DNA of 64,000 nucleotides from Pseudomonadales bacterium (GTDB lineage Bacteria; Pseudomonadota; Gammaproteobacteria; Pseudomonadales; Azotimanducaceae): NCBI GenBank assembly GCA_965199705.1, contig OZ241359.1, positions 1,183,584 to 1,247,583 of the forward strand, read 5' to 3'. Shown piece by piece: positions 29,060 to 36,918 of this stretch (position 1 is its first letter; each line of letters starts with the position of its first letter). The notes under the pieces were generated by a model. It saw only the letters and a program-made list of their open reading frames with translations, ran no database searches and was not told where the DNA came from. The position numbers and the translations under genes were made by a program.

Positions 29060-29612
29060 TGATCGCGCCGGATTTTGTCCGTCTGCGAAAGACAAGCAAG
29101 CGCGCGGCAAGCGCAGTTTGTAACCGGCACAGAGCTTCAATATCAAAGACAACCAATTGAAAGATAGATAAAAGCATCCCGCCCTATCAGCGCCCTGGCG
29201 CAATATCCGGGCCAAACCATCGAAGGGCAGAGGGCAGCCGCGCCTGAGCGCCTGTCCGGTTCACCGGGGCCTCGCATCATGTGATGCCAGGCCCGCAACC
29301 GGGCTGGGTGTTTCCCCAGCCCGAAGATTTCGCCGAAGGCCACGAAGATCGTCGCCCGTGGCGCCACATCCGCTGCGCGTCCGAGATTCACCCGCCGGCC
29401 AGTGCGAAAGCGCCTTGCCGGGGCGCCGGATTTCGGCGCCGGCGCCGCGCGGATTCTGCTGTCAATGCGCCGCGATTTGCAGGCCCATTCTGCATTCCGG
29501 CATCAGTCTGGCTCTGATTCAGGGAAACAACCCGGAACCTCGCCGGCGGTCGTAGCGCCGGCGCGCCCAAGCGCGGATAGTGGCCGCTCCTTTCAAATAT
29601 TGGAGCATGCTC

Positions 29613-29846
29613 ATGCGTGAATTGAATCAGAACGAGTTGCAGGCCGCTTCCGGCGGCGTCGCGCCACTGGTGGTCCTTGCGGTTGCGATTGCCTCCCATG
29701 TGGTGCGCCATACCGCAGTGCGCGCCGCTACCAACGGCTTCGGCACGGGCGCGACTGCGGCGGCGGCCGGGCAATACATCCGTGGCCTGGACTTCGGCCG
29801 CAGTGAAGCCGCGGTCAACGGCGCGCAGACCGTCGGCTCGCCTTGA
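29613..29846 (+). CDS. double-glycine-leader (class II microcin/bacteriocin-like) precursor peptide 1, 77 aa
   Basis: ATG 29613 lies 7 nt after GGAG (29602-29605). The leader MRELNQNELQAASGG resembles the colicin V leader MRTLTLNELDSVSGG. The 62-aa Gly/Ala-rich core starts with a hydrophobic helix, VAPLVVLAVAIA. Confidence 0.65.
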   Translation: MRELNQNELQAASGGVAPLVVLAVAIASHVVRHTAVRAATNGFGTGATAAAAGQYIRGLDFGRSEAAVNGAQTVGSP

Positions 29847-29884
29847 TGGCAACACCCACAGATATTCGGATGGAGGAGTACCCG

Positions 29885-30100
29885 ATGCGTGAACTGTCGA
29901 TGAATGAACTCTCAGTCGCCTCTGGCGGCGTTGTGCCTCTGATCGTTTATGGCATTGCTGGCGCGGTGGTCGGCGCGGCGACTCAGATTCTGTTGAGCCC
30001 AAGCCCAAGCACTCCGCAGCCGCAACCGCAGGCGCCACCTCGTGGTTGTCCGGCGCCGGGTTCCGGTTCGGCGCCCAATGGCGCTGGCGCACCCGGCTAG
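29885..30100 (+). CDS. double-glycine-leader (class II microcin/bacteriocin-like) precursor peptide 2, 71 aa
   Basis: ATG 29885 lies 6 nt after GGAGGAG (29872-29878). The leader MRELSMNELSVASGG is 11/15 identical to peptide 1. The core VVPLIVYGIAGAVVGAATQ has GxxxG-like spacing and a Pro/Gly-rich tail. Confidence 0.65.
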   Translation: MRELSMNELSVASGGVVPLIVYGIAGAVVGAATQILLSPSPSTPQPQPQAPPRGCPAPGSGSAPNGAGAPG

Positions 30101-30237
30101 CAGGTCGGGCTGACGACCAGCCTGAGGAGACGGGCAGTGGATGTTGCCCTGTCAGCATCCGCTGCCCCGTCTTTCCCGCCCGACACCTGGCCCCCGTATG
30201 GTGTCAGGGGCCGAGACGCCCTGGCGCAGCATCCGGC

Positions 30238-31383
30238 TCAGAGCGCATCCGCCAGGGCGTGCACCAGCGCCCTGCGGTGCGCGCTCAGGTCTTCGCCTGT
30301 CGCCTGACGCCAGGCGCCATGCTGGGCGATGACGATGTTGCGAGTCGGGTCCACCCAGATCATCTGGCCAAAGATGCCGAGCGCAGCGACCCTGCCTTCC
30401 CCAAGGCGCCACCAGTAATAGCCATAGCCCTCGTCTGCCGGTGAAGCCGCCAGCGATTGTGCGACATAGCCTTGTGGCAGGATGCGTCTGCCCGAGGGCG
30501 TGACGCCATCGCGCAGCAGGAACAGGCCGATGCGGGCATAGTCGCGCAGGGTGGCGTTGATGCAGCAGCCGCCGTATTCGACGCCGCCTGCCTCATGCAG
30601 CAGCCAGCTGGCGTTCGCCTCCATGCCGAATGGCCGCCAGATGCGATGGCTCAGGTAGGTGCTCAGGTTGTTGCCGATGGCTGCCCGCAGCACGGCGCCG
30701 GCGATGCTGGTTTCGCCAGTGTTGTAGTTGAATCGGCTGCCGGGGGCTGCGGCGCGCGGCAGCTCCCGCATGTAGTCGATCAGCCCCATGCCGCCGCCAG
30801 GCGCGAGCGCCGTATCCGATTCGGCGTCGGTATAGTCTTCGTTCCAGGCCACCCCGGAGGCCATTTGCAGTATCTGGCGGATGCTCACCGAGTCGTAGGC
30901 GCCGCCCTTCAATCTGGGCAGATAATCCACCACCCGTTCATCCGGGCTCCTGATGTAGCCATCCCTGAGTGCCGCGCCATACAGCAGCGACACCACGGAC
31001 TTGGCCACCGAGAACGAAATCCAGCGGCTGGCCGAGGAATTGCCAAGGCCATAGCGTTCCAGCATGACCTTGTCGTCCTTGATGGCGATCAGGCCGGCGA
31101 TGCGTTGGCCTTGCATGTAGTCATCGATACGATGGCGCTCGCCTCCGAATACATAGCGAAACCCGGAGAAGTCCCGCTCGCCCGGCAGCAGCGGATAGGG
31201 CAGTGGCCCGGCGGCGATCTCGCGGGTCGGAAACAGCCGGTCGATGGATCTGTAGCCCAGCACCTGCTGCGGGGCGGACCAGAAGAGGATACCGGCGTCG
31301 CCATGCACCTGCGGCGGGTCCTCGGCCTGGCCGACGGCGGCAGTCAGGGTCAGGGCTAGCAACAGCGGTTTCACATGCGTCAT
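30238..31383 (-). CDS. serine hydrolase (beta-lactamase/class C esterase family), secreted
   Basis: 381-aa ORF. Signal peptide MTHVKPLLLALTLTAAVGQA. S-x-x-K active-site motif in FSVAKSVVSLLYG. Confidence 0.8.
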   Translation of the reverse strand: MTHVKPLLLALTLTAAVGQAEDPPQVHGDAGILFWSAPQQVLGYRSIDRLFPTREIAAGPLPYPLLPGERDFSGFRYVFGGERHRIDDYMQGQRIAGLIAIKDDKVMLERYGLGNSSASRWISFSVAKSVVSLLYGAALRDGYIRSPDERVVDYLPRLKGGAYDSVSIRQILQMASGVAWNEDYTDAESDTALAPGGGMGLIDYMRELPRAAAPGSRFNYNTGETSIAGAVLRAAIGNNLSTYLSHRIWRPFGMEANASWLLHEAGGVEYGGCCINATLRDYARIGLFLLRDGVTPSGRRILPQGYVAQSLAASPADEGYGYYWWRLGEGRVAALGIFGQMIWVDPTRNIVIAQHGAWRQATGEDLSAHRRALVHALADAL

Positions 31384-31471
31384 GGCGATTCCGATCGGGT
31401 TCTGCGGCCTGGCGAGATATGCGGGTTAGAATGATCGGCCTTCTGCTACGCAACTTCAATGAGGGGAGCCC

Positions 31472-32731
31472 ATGTCGAGCGCCGATGGCCTGAACGCCGA
31501 TCTCTACGATCTCACCATGTCACAGGAGGCCGAGCCGCTGCTGGCCGCCGTCAAGCAACACATCGTCGAAAATGTGGATCCGATTGTCGAGGAATTCTTT
31601 CGCCTCGGCGAGGGGCGCGCGGATCGCTGGAGCTGGGCGCCCGGGCAACTGGAGCTGCTTGAGGGCGCCAAGGACAAGGCCAAGGCGGCCGGCCTCTGGA
31701 ACTTCTTTCTGCCGGATGCGGACACCGGCGAAGGGTTGAAGAATCTTGATTACGCCTACATTGCCGCCGAGCTGGGCAAGAGTCCATTGGCTTCCGAGAG
31801 CCTCAATTGCAGCGCTCCGGACACCGGCAACATGGAGGTGCTGGAGCGTGTGGGCACCGAAGCGCAGAAAGAGCGTTGGCTGAAGCCGCTGCTGGAGGGT
31901 GAAATCCGTTCCGCCTATGCCATGACCGAGCCTGATCTGGCGTCTTCGGACGCCAAGAATGTCGGCATGCAGGCGCTGCTTGAAGGTGATGAGTGGGTGC
32001 TGAACGGTGAGAAGTACTATATCTCCGGCGCTGGCGATCCGCGTTGCAAGATCATGATCTGCATGGTCAAGACCAGCCCGGAGGCGCCGCCGCATCAGCA
32101 GCAGTCGCAGATTCTCGTGCCGATGGACACCCCTGGCGTCGAAGTCCTCGGCCCGATGCACGTGTTTGGCCACGATGACGCGCCGCATGGCCACATGCAC
32201 CTGCGTTTCACTGATGTTCGCGTGCCGAAAGAGAACATCCTGCTCGGCGAGGGCAGGGGATTCGAGATTTCTCAGGTGCGCCTGGGCCCTGGCCGGATCC
32301 ATCACTGCATGCGCTCCATCGGCCAGGCGGAAAAGGCGCTTGATCTGATGGTGCGCCGCGGCCTTGGGCGGCAGGCTTTTGGCCGACCCATCGCCCATCT
32401 CGGCAAGAACATTGAAGTGATCTCCCGCGCCCGCATCGAAATCGAGGCGATGCGCCTGATGGTGTTGCAGGCGGCCAGAGCCATGGACGTGCTCGGCAAT
32501 CAGGAAGCCAGGGTGTGGGTGCACATGGTCAAGGCGATGGTGCCGGAGCGGGTCTGTCAGATCATCGACCAGGCCATTCAGATACACGGCGCCACGGGCG
32601 TCTCGCAGTGGACGCCGCTGGCTGACATGTACACGGGGCAGCGCACATTGCGCCTCGCCGATGGCCCGGATGAGGTGCATCATCTGGTGGTCGGGCGCGC
32701 GGAACTGCGCAAGTACAGCGACATTGCCTGA
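31472..32731 (+). CDS. acyl-CoA dehydrogenase family protein
   Basis: 419-aa ORF. AYAMTEPDLASSDA (ACAD middle-domain motif) and the C-terminal IHGATGVS...RTLRLADGPDEVH helical domain. Confidence 0.85.
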   Translation: MSSADGLNADLYDLTMSQEAEPLLAAVKQHIVENVDPIVEEFFRLGEGRADRWSWAPGQLELLEGAKDKAKAAGLWNFFLPDADTGEGLKNLDYAYIAAELGKSPLASESLNCSAPDTGNMEVLERVGTEAQKERWLKPLLEGEIRSAYAMTEPDLASSDAKNVGMQALLEGDEWVLNGEKYYISGAGDPRCKIMICMVKTSPEAPPHQQQSQILVPMDTPGVEVLGPMHVFGHDDAPHGHMHLRFTDVRVPKENILLGEGRGFEISQVRLGPGRIHHCMRSIGQAEKALDLMVRRGLGRQAFGRPIAHLGKNIEVISRARIEIEAMRLMVLQAARAMDVLGNQEARVWVHMVKAMVPERVCQIIDQAIQIHGATGVSQWTPLADMYTGQRTLRLADGPDEVHHLVVGRAELRKYSDIA

Positions 32732-32740
32732 GATCTCCGT

Positions 32741-33646
32741 GTGCCCGCTCCCAGGCTTCACAGGCTAGGCGTCAATGGCACGCAACTGGCGTACTTCGAG
32801 CATGGTGCGCCGCAGCAGGGCCGCCCGACTCTGCTGTTCGTGCACGCCACCGGCTTTCACGGGCGCGTTTGGGACAGCGTCATTGCGCGGCTTGGCGACT
32901 GCCACTGCATCGCCGTCGAGCAGCGCGGCCATGGCCGCAGCGAAAGCCGCAAGGTCGATCACTGGCAGGTGTTCCACGATGATCTGACGGCCTTCGTGCA
33001 GGCCCTGGGCTTGTCGCGCCTGATCGGCGTCGGCCACTCGATGGGCGCGCACGTGCTGGTGCCGACAGCGCTGGCCACCGACGCCTTCGAGCGCTTGCTG
33101 CTGCTGGATCCGACCATCATGGATCCAGATGCCTACGGTGTGTCGTTGCCCTGGCCGGAGCTGAAGGACGGCGAGCATCCGGTGGCCCGCCGCTACAATC
33201 GCTTCGAGTCCGCAGAGGACATGATGCAGCGTCTGCGCCACAAGGGTTCGTATCATCTCTTTGATCCGGAAGTTTTTCGCGACTACTGCGAACATGGCCT
33301 GCTGGCAGTCGGCGAGGGCATGACGCTGGCCTGCCTGCCGGAGGTGGAAGCCGCAATCTACCTGAGTTCCAGAACCAGCGAGCGCATCTTCGAGAGCGTC
33401 GATGCGCTCGATATTCCGGTTCTGGTGGTGCGCGCCAGGGCGCCGGTTGGCGAGCGCGGCATCATGGATCTGGGCACTTCGCCGACCTGGCCGGGTCTCG
33501 CGGCGCGGTTTCCGCAGGGCCGGGAGATTTATCGCCCGGACCTGTCGCATTTCATTCCCATGCAGGCCCCCGCCGAGACCGCGACGCTGATTCTGGACGA
33601 GATGTCCGCCTGGGTTGGCGCCCGGGCCAGCGCTGAAGCGGGCTGA
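32741..33646 (+). CDS. alpha/beta hydrolase
   Basis: 301-aa ORF (GTG start). TLLFVHATGFHGRVWD and the nucleophile elbow GVGHSMGAHV. Lies 10 nt after the preceding gene. Confidence 0.75.
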   Translation: MPAPRLHRLGVNGTQLAYFEHGAPQQGRPTLLFVHATGFHGRVWDSVIARLGDCHCIAVEQRGHGRSESRKVDHWQVFHDDLTAFVQALGLSRLIGVGHSMGAHVLVPTALATDAFERLLLLDPTIMDPDAYGVSLPWPELKDGEHPVARRYNRFESAEDMMQRLRHKGSYHLFDPEVFRDYCEHGLLAVGEGMTLACLPEVEAAIYLSSRTSERIFESVDALDIPVLVVRARAPVGERGIMDLGTSPTWPGLAARFPQGREIYRPDLSHFIPMQAPAETATLILDEMSAWVGARASAEAG

Positions 33647-33649
33647 GCG

Positions 33650-35260
33650 ATGGCCCTGCCAGTGCAGGAATTGTCGCCATGCCTGCTGACTGACGCCGGC
33701 GGCCAGGCGGTTTCATTTCCGGGCGAGCGCCCGGCCTTGATCTGCGTCGTCAAGGAAGACTGTCCCACCTGTCGGGAAGTCATGCCTGTGCTGGAAGCGC
33801 TGCATTCGGCGCTTGCCCCGTACCTGGATCTCTACCTGGTGGGCCAGACGCTTGAGGGCAACAGGTTGCTGGCGCAGAAGCATGCAGGCTTGCCGCCTCT
33901 GCTGGATGACAGCGGTCTGAAGGCGTCCTTTGCCTGGCGGGTGGATGTGGTGCCGAGCCTGTTTGTCCCGGACGCGACCGGGGAAATGCACAGCAAGCTG
34001 GAAGGCTTCAGCCGCGCGGAGTGGCAAGATGCGCTGGCAGCGCTTGCCGAGCGCCTGAACGCGCCATCGCCGATCGTCGACTGGACGGTCTATCCGGAAT
34101 GGCGCGCCGGTTGCGGCTCCCTCTCCGCCGATCCTGTCAACGCTGTCCGGCTGCAGGCGGAATCTGCCAACAGTCCTCTGCGCGCACGCCGGATCGAGCT
34201 CGGCGCACAGGAGGACCCGGTCGAGCGATTGTTCGAGCTCGGCTTCGGCGATGGCCTGCCGTTGACGCCGCCAACGCCGGAGCGGGTGCTCGATATGTTG
34301 GCTGGAACCGAGCGCCCGGCGCAGGAAGTGGTCGCCATCGTGCCGCCCAATCTGGGTGAGGCCACGGTCGAGAAGGTGGCGATCAATGCGGTCATGGCTG
34401 GCTGCACACCTGCCTGTCTGCCTGTGGTGCTGGCTGCCCTGGAGGCGGTATGCACAGATGAATTCAACATCCACGGGGTCATGGCCACCACCATGGGGGC
34501 AGCGCCCGTACTGGTGGTCAATGGGCCGATCCGCAAACAACTTGGCATGAACATGCAACTCGGCGCGCTCGGCCAGGGCAACCGGGCCAACGCCACCATC
34601 GGCCGGGCGCTGCGCCTGGCGATCCGCAATCTCGGCGGCGCCGTGCCAGGCGGTACGGAACGCTCGACGCTTGGCAGCCCGCTCAAGATCACCATGTGCT
34701 TCCCGGAATGGGAAGAACGCAGCCCCTGGCAGCCACTGCACGTGGAGCGCGGCTTTGCCGAGGAAGATTCTGTGGTGACTGCCTTTGCTGCGAGCAGCGG
34801 CCCGACGCTGATGGTCGATCAGGACGCCCGCACCGGCGCCCATCTGGCCGGCAGTTTCGGCCTCTGTCTGGATACCGTCTTCCATCCGCGCGCGCGCCGG
34901 GCCACCGAGGTCTTGCTGGTGATCGCGCCTGAGCACGTGGATACTTTCGTGCGGGATGGCTACGACAAGGCGATGATTCGCGCCCGCATTCAGGCCGTGA
35001 CCGCCAGGCCGATCGCAGAGCTGGCGGCGGATGAGGTGTCCGCGGTCGGCTTCAGCCAGGAAGCGCTGGAAGCGATGGGAGAGGAGGCCAGCGCGCACAC
35101 GTTGTCCAAATTCAGGCGCGACGAAGACATCCACATCGTGGTGGCCGGCGCCGAAGCGGGCAAGTTCACCGGCGCCTTTCACGGCTGGGTAACCGGCCCC
35201 GTGGGTTCAGTCAGTGTTTCGCGCCGAATCGAAAGCACGGTTAAGATGGCAGGCTCCTAG
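33650..35260 (+). CDS. thioredoxin-fold (CPTC) domain fused to a large uncharacterised domain
   Basis: 536-aa ORF. The N-terminal ~110 aa carry PALICVVKEDCPTCREVMPVLEAL (a CxxC redox motif in thioredoxin-like context). I cannot assign the remaining ~400 aa (…GDGLPLTPPTPERV…AINAVMAGCTPACLPVVLAALEAV…) to any family. Confidence 0.7.
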   Translation: MALPVQELSPCLLTDAGGQAVSFPGERPALICVVKEDCPTCREVMPVLEALHSALAPYLDLYLVGQTLEGNRLLAQKHAGLPPLLDDSGLKASFAWRVDVVPSLFVPDATGEMHSKLEGFSRAEWQDALAALAERLNAPSPIVDWTVYPEWRAGCGSLSADPVNAVRLQAESANSPLRARRIELGAQEDPVERLFELGFGDGLPLTPPTPERVLDMLAGTERPAQEVVAIVPPNLGEATVEKVAINAVMAGCTPACLPVVLAALEAVCTDEFNIHGVMATTMGAAPVLVVNGPIRKQLGMNMQLGALGQGNRANATIGRALRLAIRNLGGAVPGGTERSTLGSPLKITMCFPEWEERSPWQPLHVERGFAEEDSVVTAFAASSGPTLMVDQDARTGAHLAGSFGLCLDTVFHPRARRATEVLLVIAPEHVDTFVRDGYDKAMIRARIQAVTARPIAELAADEVSAVGFSQEALEAMGEEASAHTLSKFRRDEDIHIVVAGAEAGKFTGAFHGWVTGPVGSVSVSRRIESTVKMAGS

Positions 35261-35332
35261 CCGAGGACCGGTTCCACGGGAAGTCAAGCGCACCCGCGTA
35301 TCCAGGGCAAACAAGCACAGGAGACCAGGCAC

Positions 35333-35851
35333 ATGACCATGATCTTGCTCGACCCCACAGACGAACGCCAGCCGGCGCCCAGGCGCCTGGCCCCGCGCAG
35401 CGGCGCCTTGCGCGGCAATCTGGCCTTTCTCGACATCTCCAAACCGAAGGGCAATCTGTTGATCGACCGGCTGGCCGAGCTGCTGGCGGAGCGGGCGCCG
35501 GAACTGCGGGTGCAGCGCTATGCCAAGCCCACCTTCGCCAAGCCGGCGCCGGCAGCGTTGCGTGAGGAGATCGCCGCCAACAACGACTTCGTGGTCGAGG
35601 CGCTGGCGGACTGAGGCTCCTGTACCACGTGCAGTTTGCATGACACGGTATGGTTCGAGCTTCAGGGCAAGCCGACGGTCGCCATTGCCTCTGACGCCTT
35701 TGTGGATGCGGCGGCCACCCAGGCCGAGGCGCTCGGTATGCAGGAAGCCGCCTGCGTGTTCGTTGCGCATCCCATTCAGGACGCGACGCAAGCGGAAATG
35801 CGTGCTCGCGCGGACACGGTTCTGGAACAACTGATTGACGCCTTGACATGA
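35333..35851 (+). CDS. UGSC-motif selenoprotein (172 aa; Sec at codon 94 encoded by TGA 35612-35614)
   Basis: Track ORFs 35333..35614 and 35636..35851 are in the same frame. They are separated only by the TGA plus 7 sense codons. The second piece has no ATG or RBS. Read-through gives ...[27 protein letters not shown] (35319-35323) precedes ATG 35333. A SECIS-like hairpin follows the TGA. Confidence 0.7.
35615..35661 (+). promoter_or_regulatory. candidate bacterial SECIS hairpin
   Basis: Numbering the U of UGA as +1: upper stem C17-G31/G18-U30/U19-A29/G20-C28/C21-G27, with G23-U24 in the apical loop. Lower stems are 12-15/36-39 and 4-8/46-50. The local GUGCAGUUUGCAU resembles E. coli fdhF UUGCAGGUCUGCA, where G23/U24 occupy the same positions. 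Confidence 0.5.
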
Positions 35852-36909
35852 CCCAGCCCAGCCCAGCCATACGCTTGCCGGATTACAGCCTGGCGCCGAG
35901 CCAGGTGCCGAGGCATGAGCCGGAGGTGCTTTCAAGCGTCGAGCAAGCGCGGCTTGTGGCCGAGATCCGGGCGCGGCTTCGCGCCCGCAATGCGGTGCTG
36001 GTGGCGCACTACTATGTGGCCGGCGAGATTCAGGATCTGGCGCAGGAGACCGGCGGATTCGTTTCCGACTCCCTGGAAATGGCCCGCTTCGGCAGAGATC
36101 ATCCGGCAACCGAACTGGTGGTGGCCGGGGTCCGCTTCATGGGCGAGACGGCGAAGATTCTCTCACCCGACAAGCGCGTGTTCATGCCGACGCTGAAGGC
36201 CGAGTGTTCGCTTGATCTCGGCTGTCCGCCCGACGCCTTTGCCGACTTCTGCAAGGCGCACCCGGAGCGCACCGTGGTGGTGTACGCCAACACCTCTGTG
36301 GCCGTCAAGGCGCTGTCGGACTGGGTGGTGACCAGCAGCATCGCCCTGCCGATCATCGAGCACCTGGCGGCGCGTGGCGAACCCGTCCTTTGGGCGCCGG
36401 ACAAGCACCTGGGGCGCTGGATCCAGAGCCGCACCGGCGCCGACATGCTGCTCTGGCAGGGCGCTTGCGTGGTGCATGAGGAATTCAAGGCGCAGGCGCT
36501 TGCGGACATGAAGCGCGTCTATCCCGAGGCTGCGGTGCTGGTGCACCCGGAATCGCCGGCGGCCGTGATCGACCTCGCCGACGCGGTCGGCTCCACCAGT
36601 CAGATCGTGCAGGCGGCAGGAGACCTGCCGCAGCGCACCTTTATCGTTGCCACCGACCGTGGTCTGTTTCACCGATTGCGGCAGCGGTACCCGGACAAGC
36701 GTTTCATCGAAGCGCCCACCGCCGGCGAGGGGGCGACCTGCCGCAGTTGCGCGCACTGTCCCTGGATGGCGATGAACGAGCTGCGGCAGCTGGCCACGAC
36801 GCTGGCTGACGAGACGGCGCTGGCGCGCAACGAGATACTGGCGCCGCCAGAATTGGGCAGAAAGGCGATGCGGCCCCTGCAAAGGATGCTGGATTTTCCG
36901 AAGCCCTGA
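35848..36909 (+). CDS. nadA: quinolinate synthase
   Basis: 353-aa [34 protein letters not shown] and the C-terminal CxxC...CPWM cluster region. Its ATG overlaps the selenoprotein stop (ATGA). Confidence 0.9.
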   Translation: MTQPSPAIRLPDYSLAPSQVPRHEPEVLSSVEQARLVAEIRARLRARNAVLVAHYYVAGEIQDLAQETGGFVSDSLEMARFGRDHPATELVVAGVRFMGETAKILSPDKRVFMPTLKAECSLDLGCPPDAFADFCKAHPERTVVVYANTSVAVKALSDWVVTSSIALPIIEHLAARGEPVLWAPDKHLGRWIQSRTGADMLLWQGACVVHEEFKAQALADMKRVYPEAAVLVHPESPAAVIDLADAVGSTSQIVQAAGDLPQRTFIVATDRGLFHRLRQRYPDKRFIEAPTAGEGATCRSCAHCPWMAMNELRQLATTLADETALARNEILAPPELGRKAMRPLQRMLDFPKP

Positions 36910-36918
36910 GGCCTTCGG

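Noticed and set aside
29143-29391. 82-aa minus-strand ORF upstream of the microcin-like genes as a possible immunity protein
   Set aside because: It has no Shine-Dalgarno and no convincing transmembrane helices (only TIFVAFGEIFGLG), and it is Arg/Pro-rich thereafter. Evidence is insufficient.
29581-29600. Possible sigma-54 promoter (TGGC...TTTC) just upstream of peptide gene 1
   Set aside because: The GG-N10-GC spacing test fails: the -12 position reads CA, not GC.
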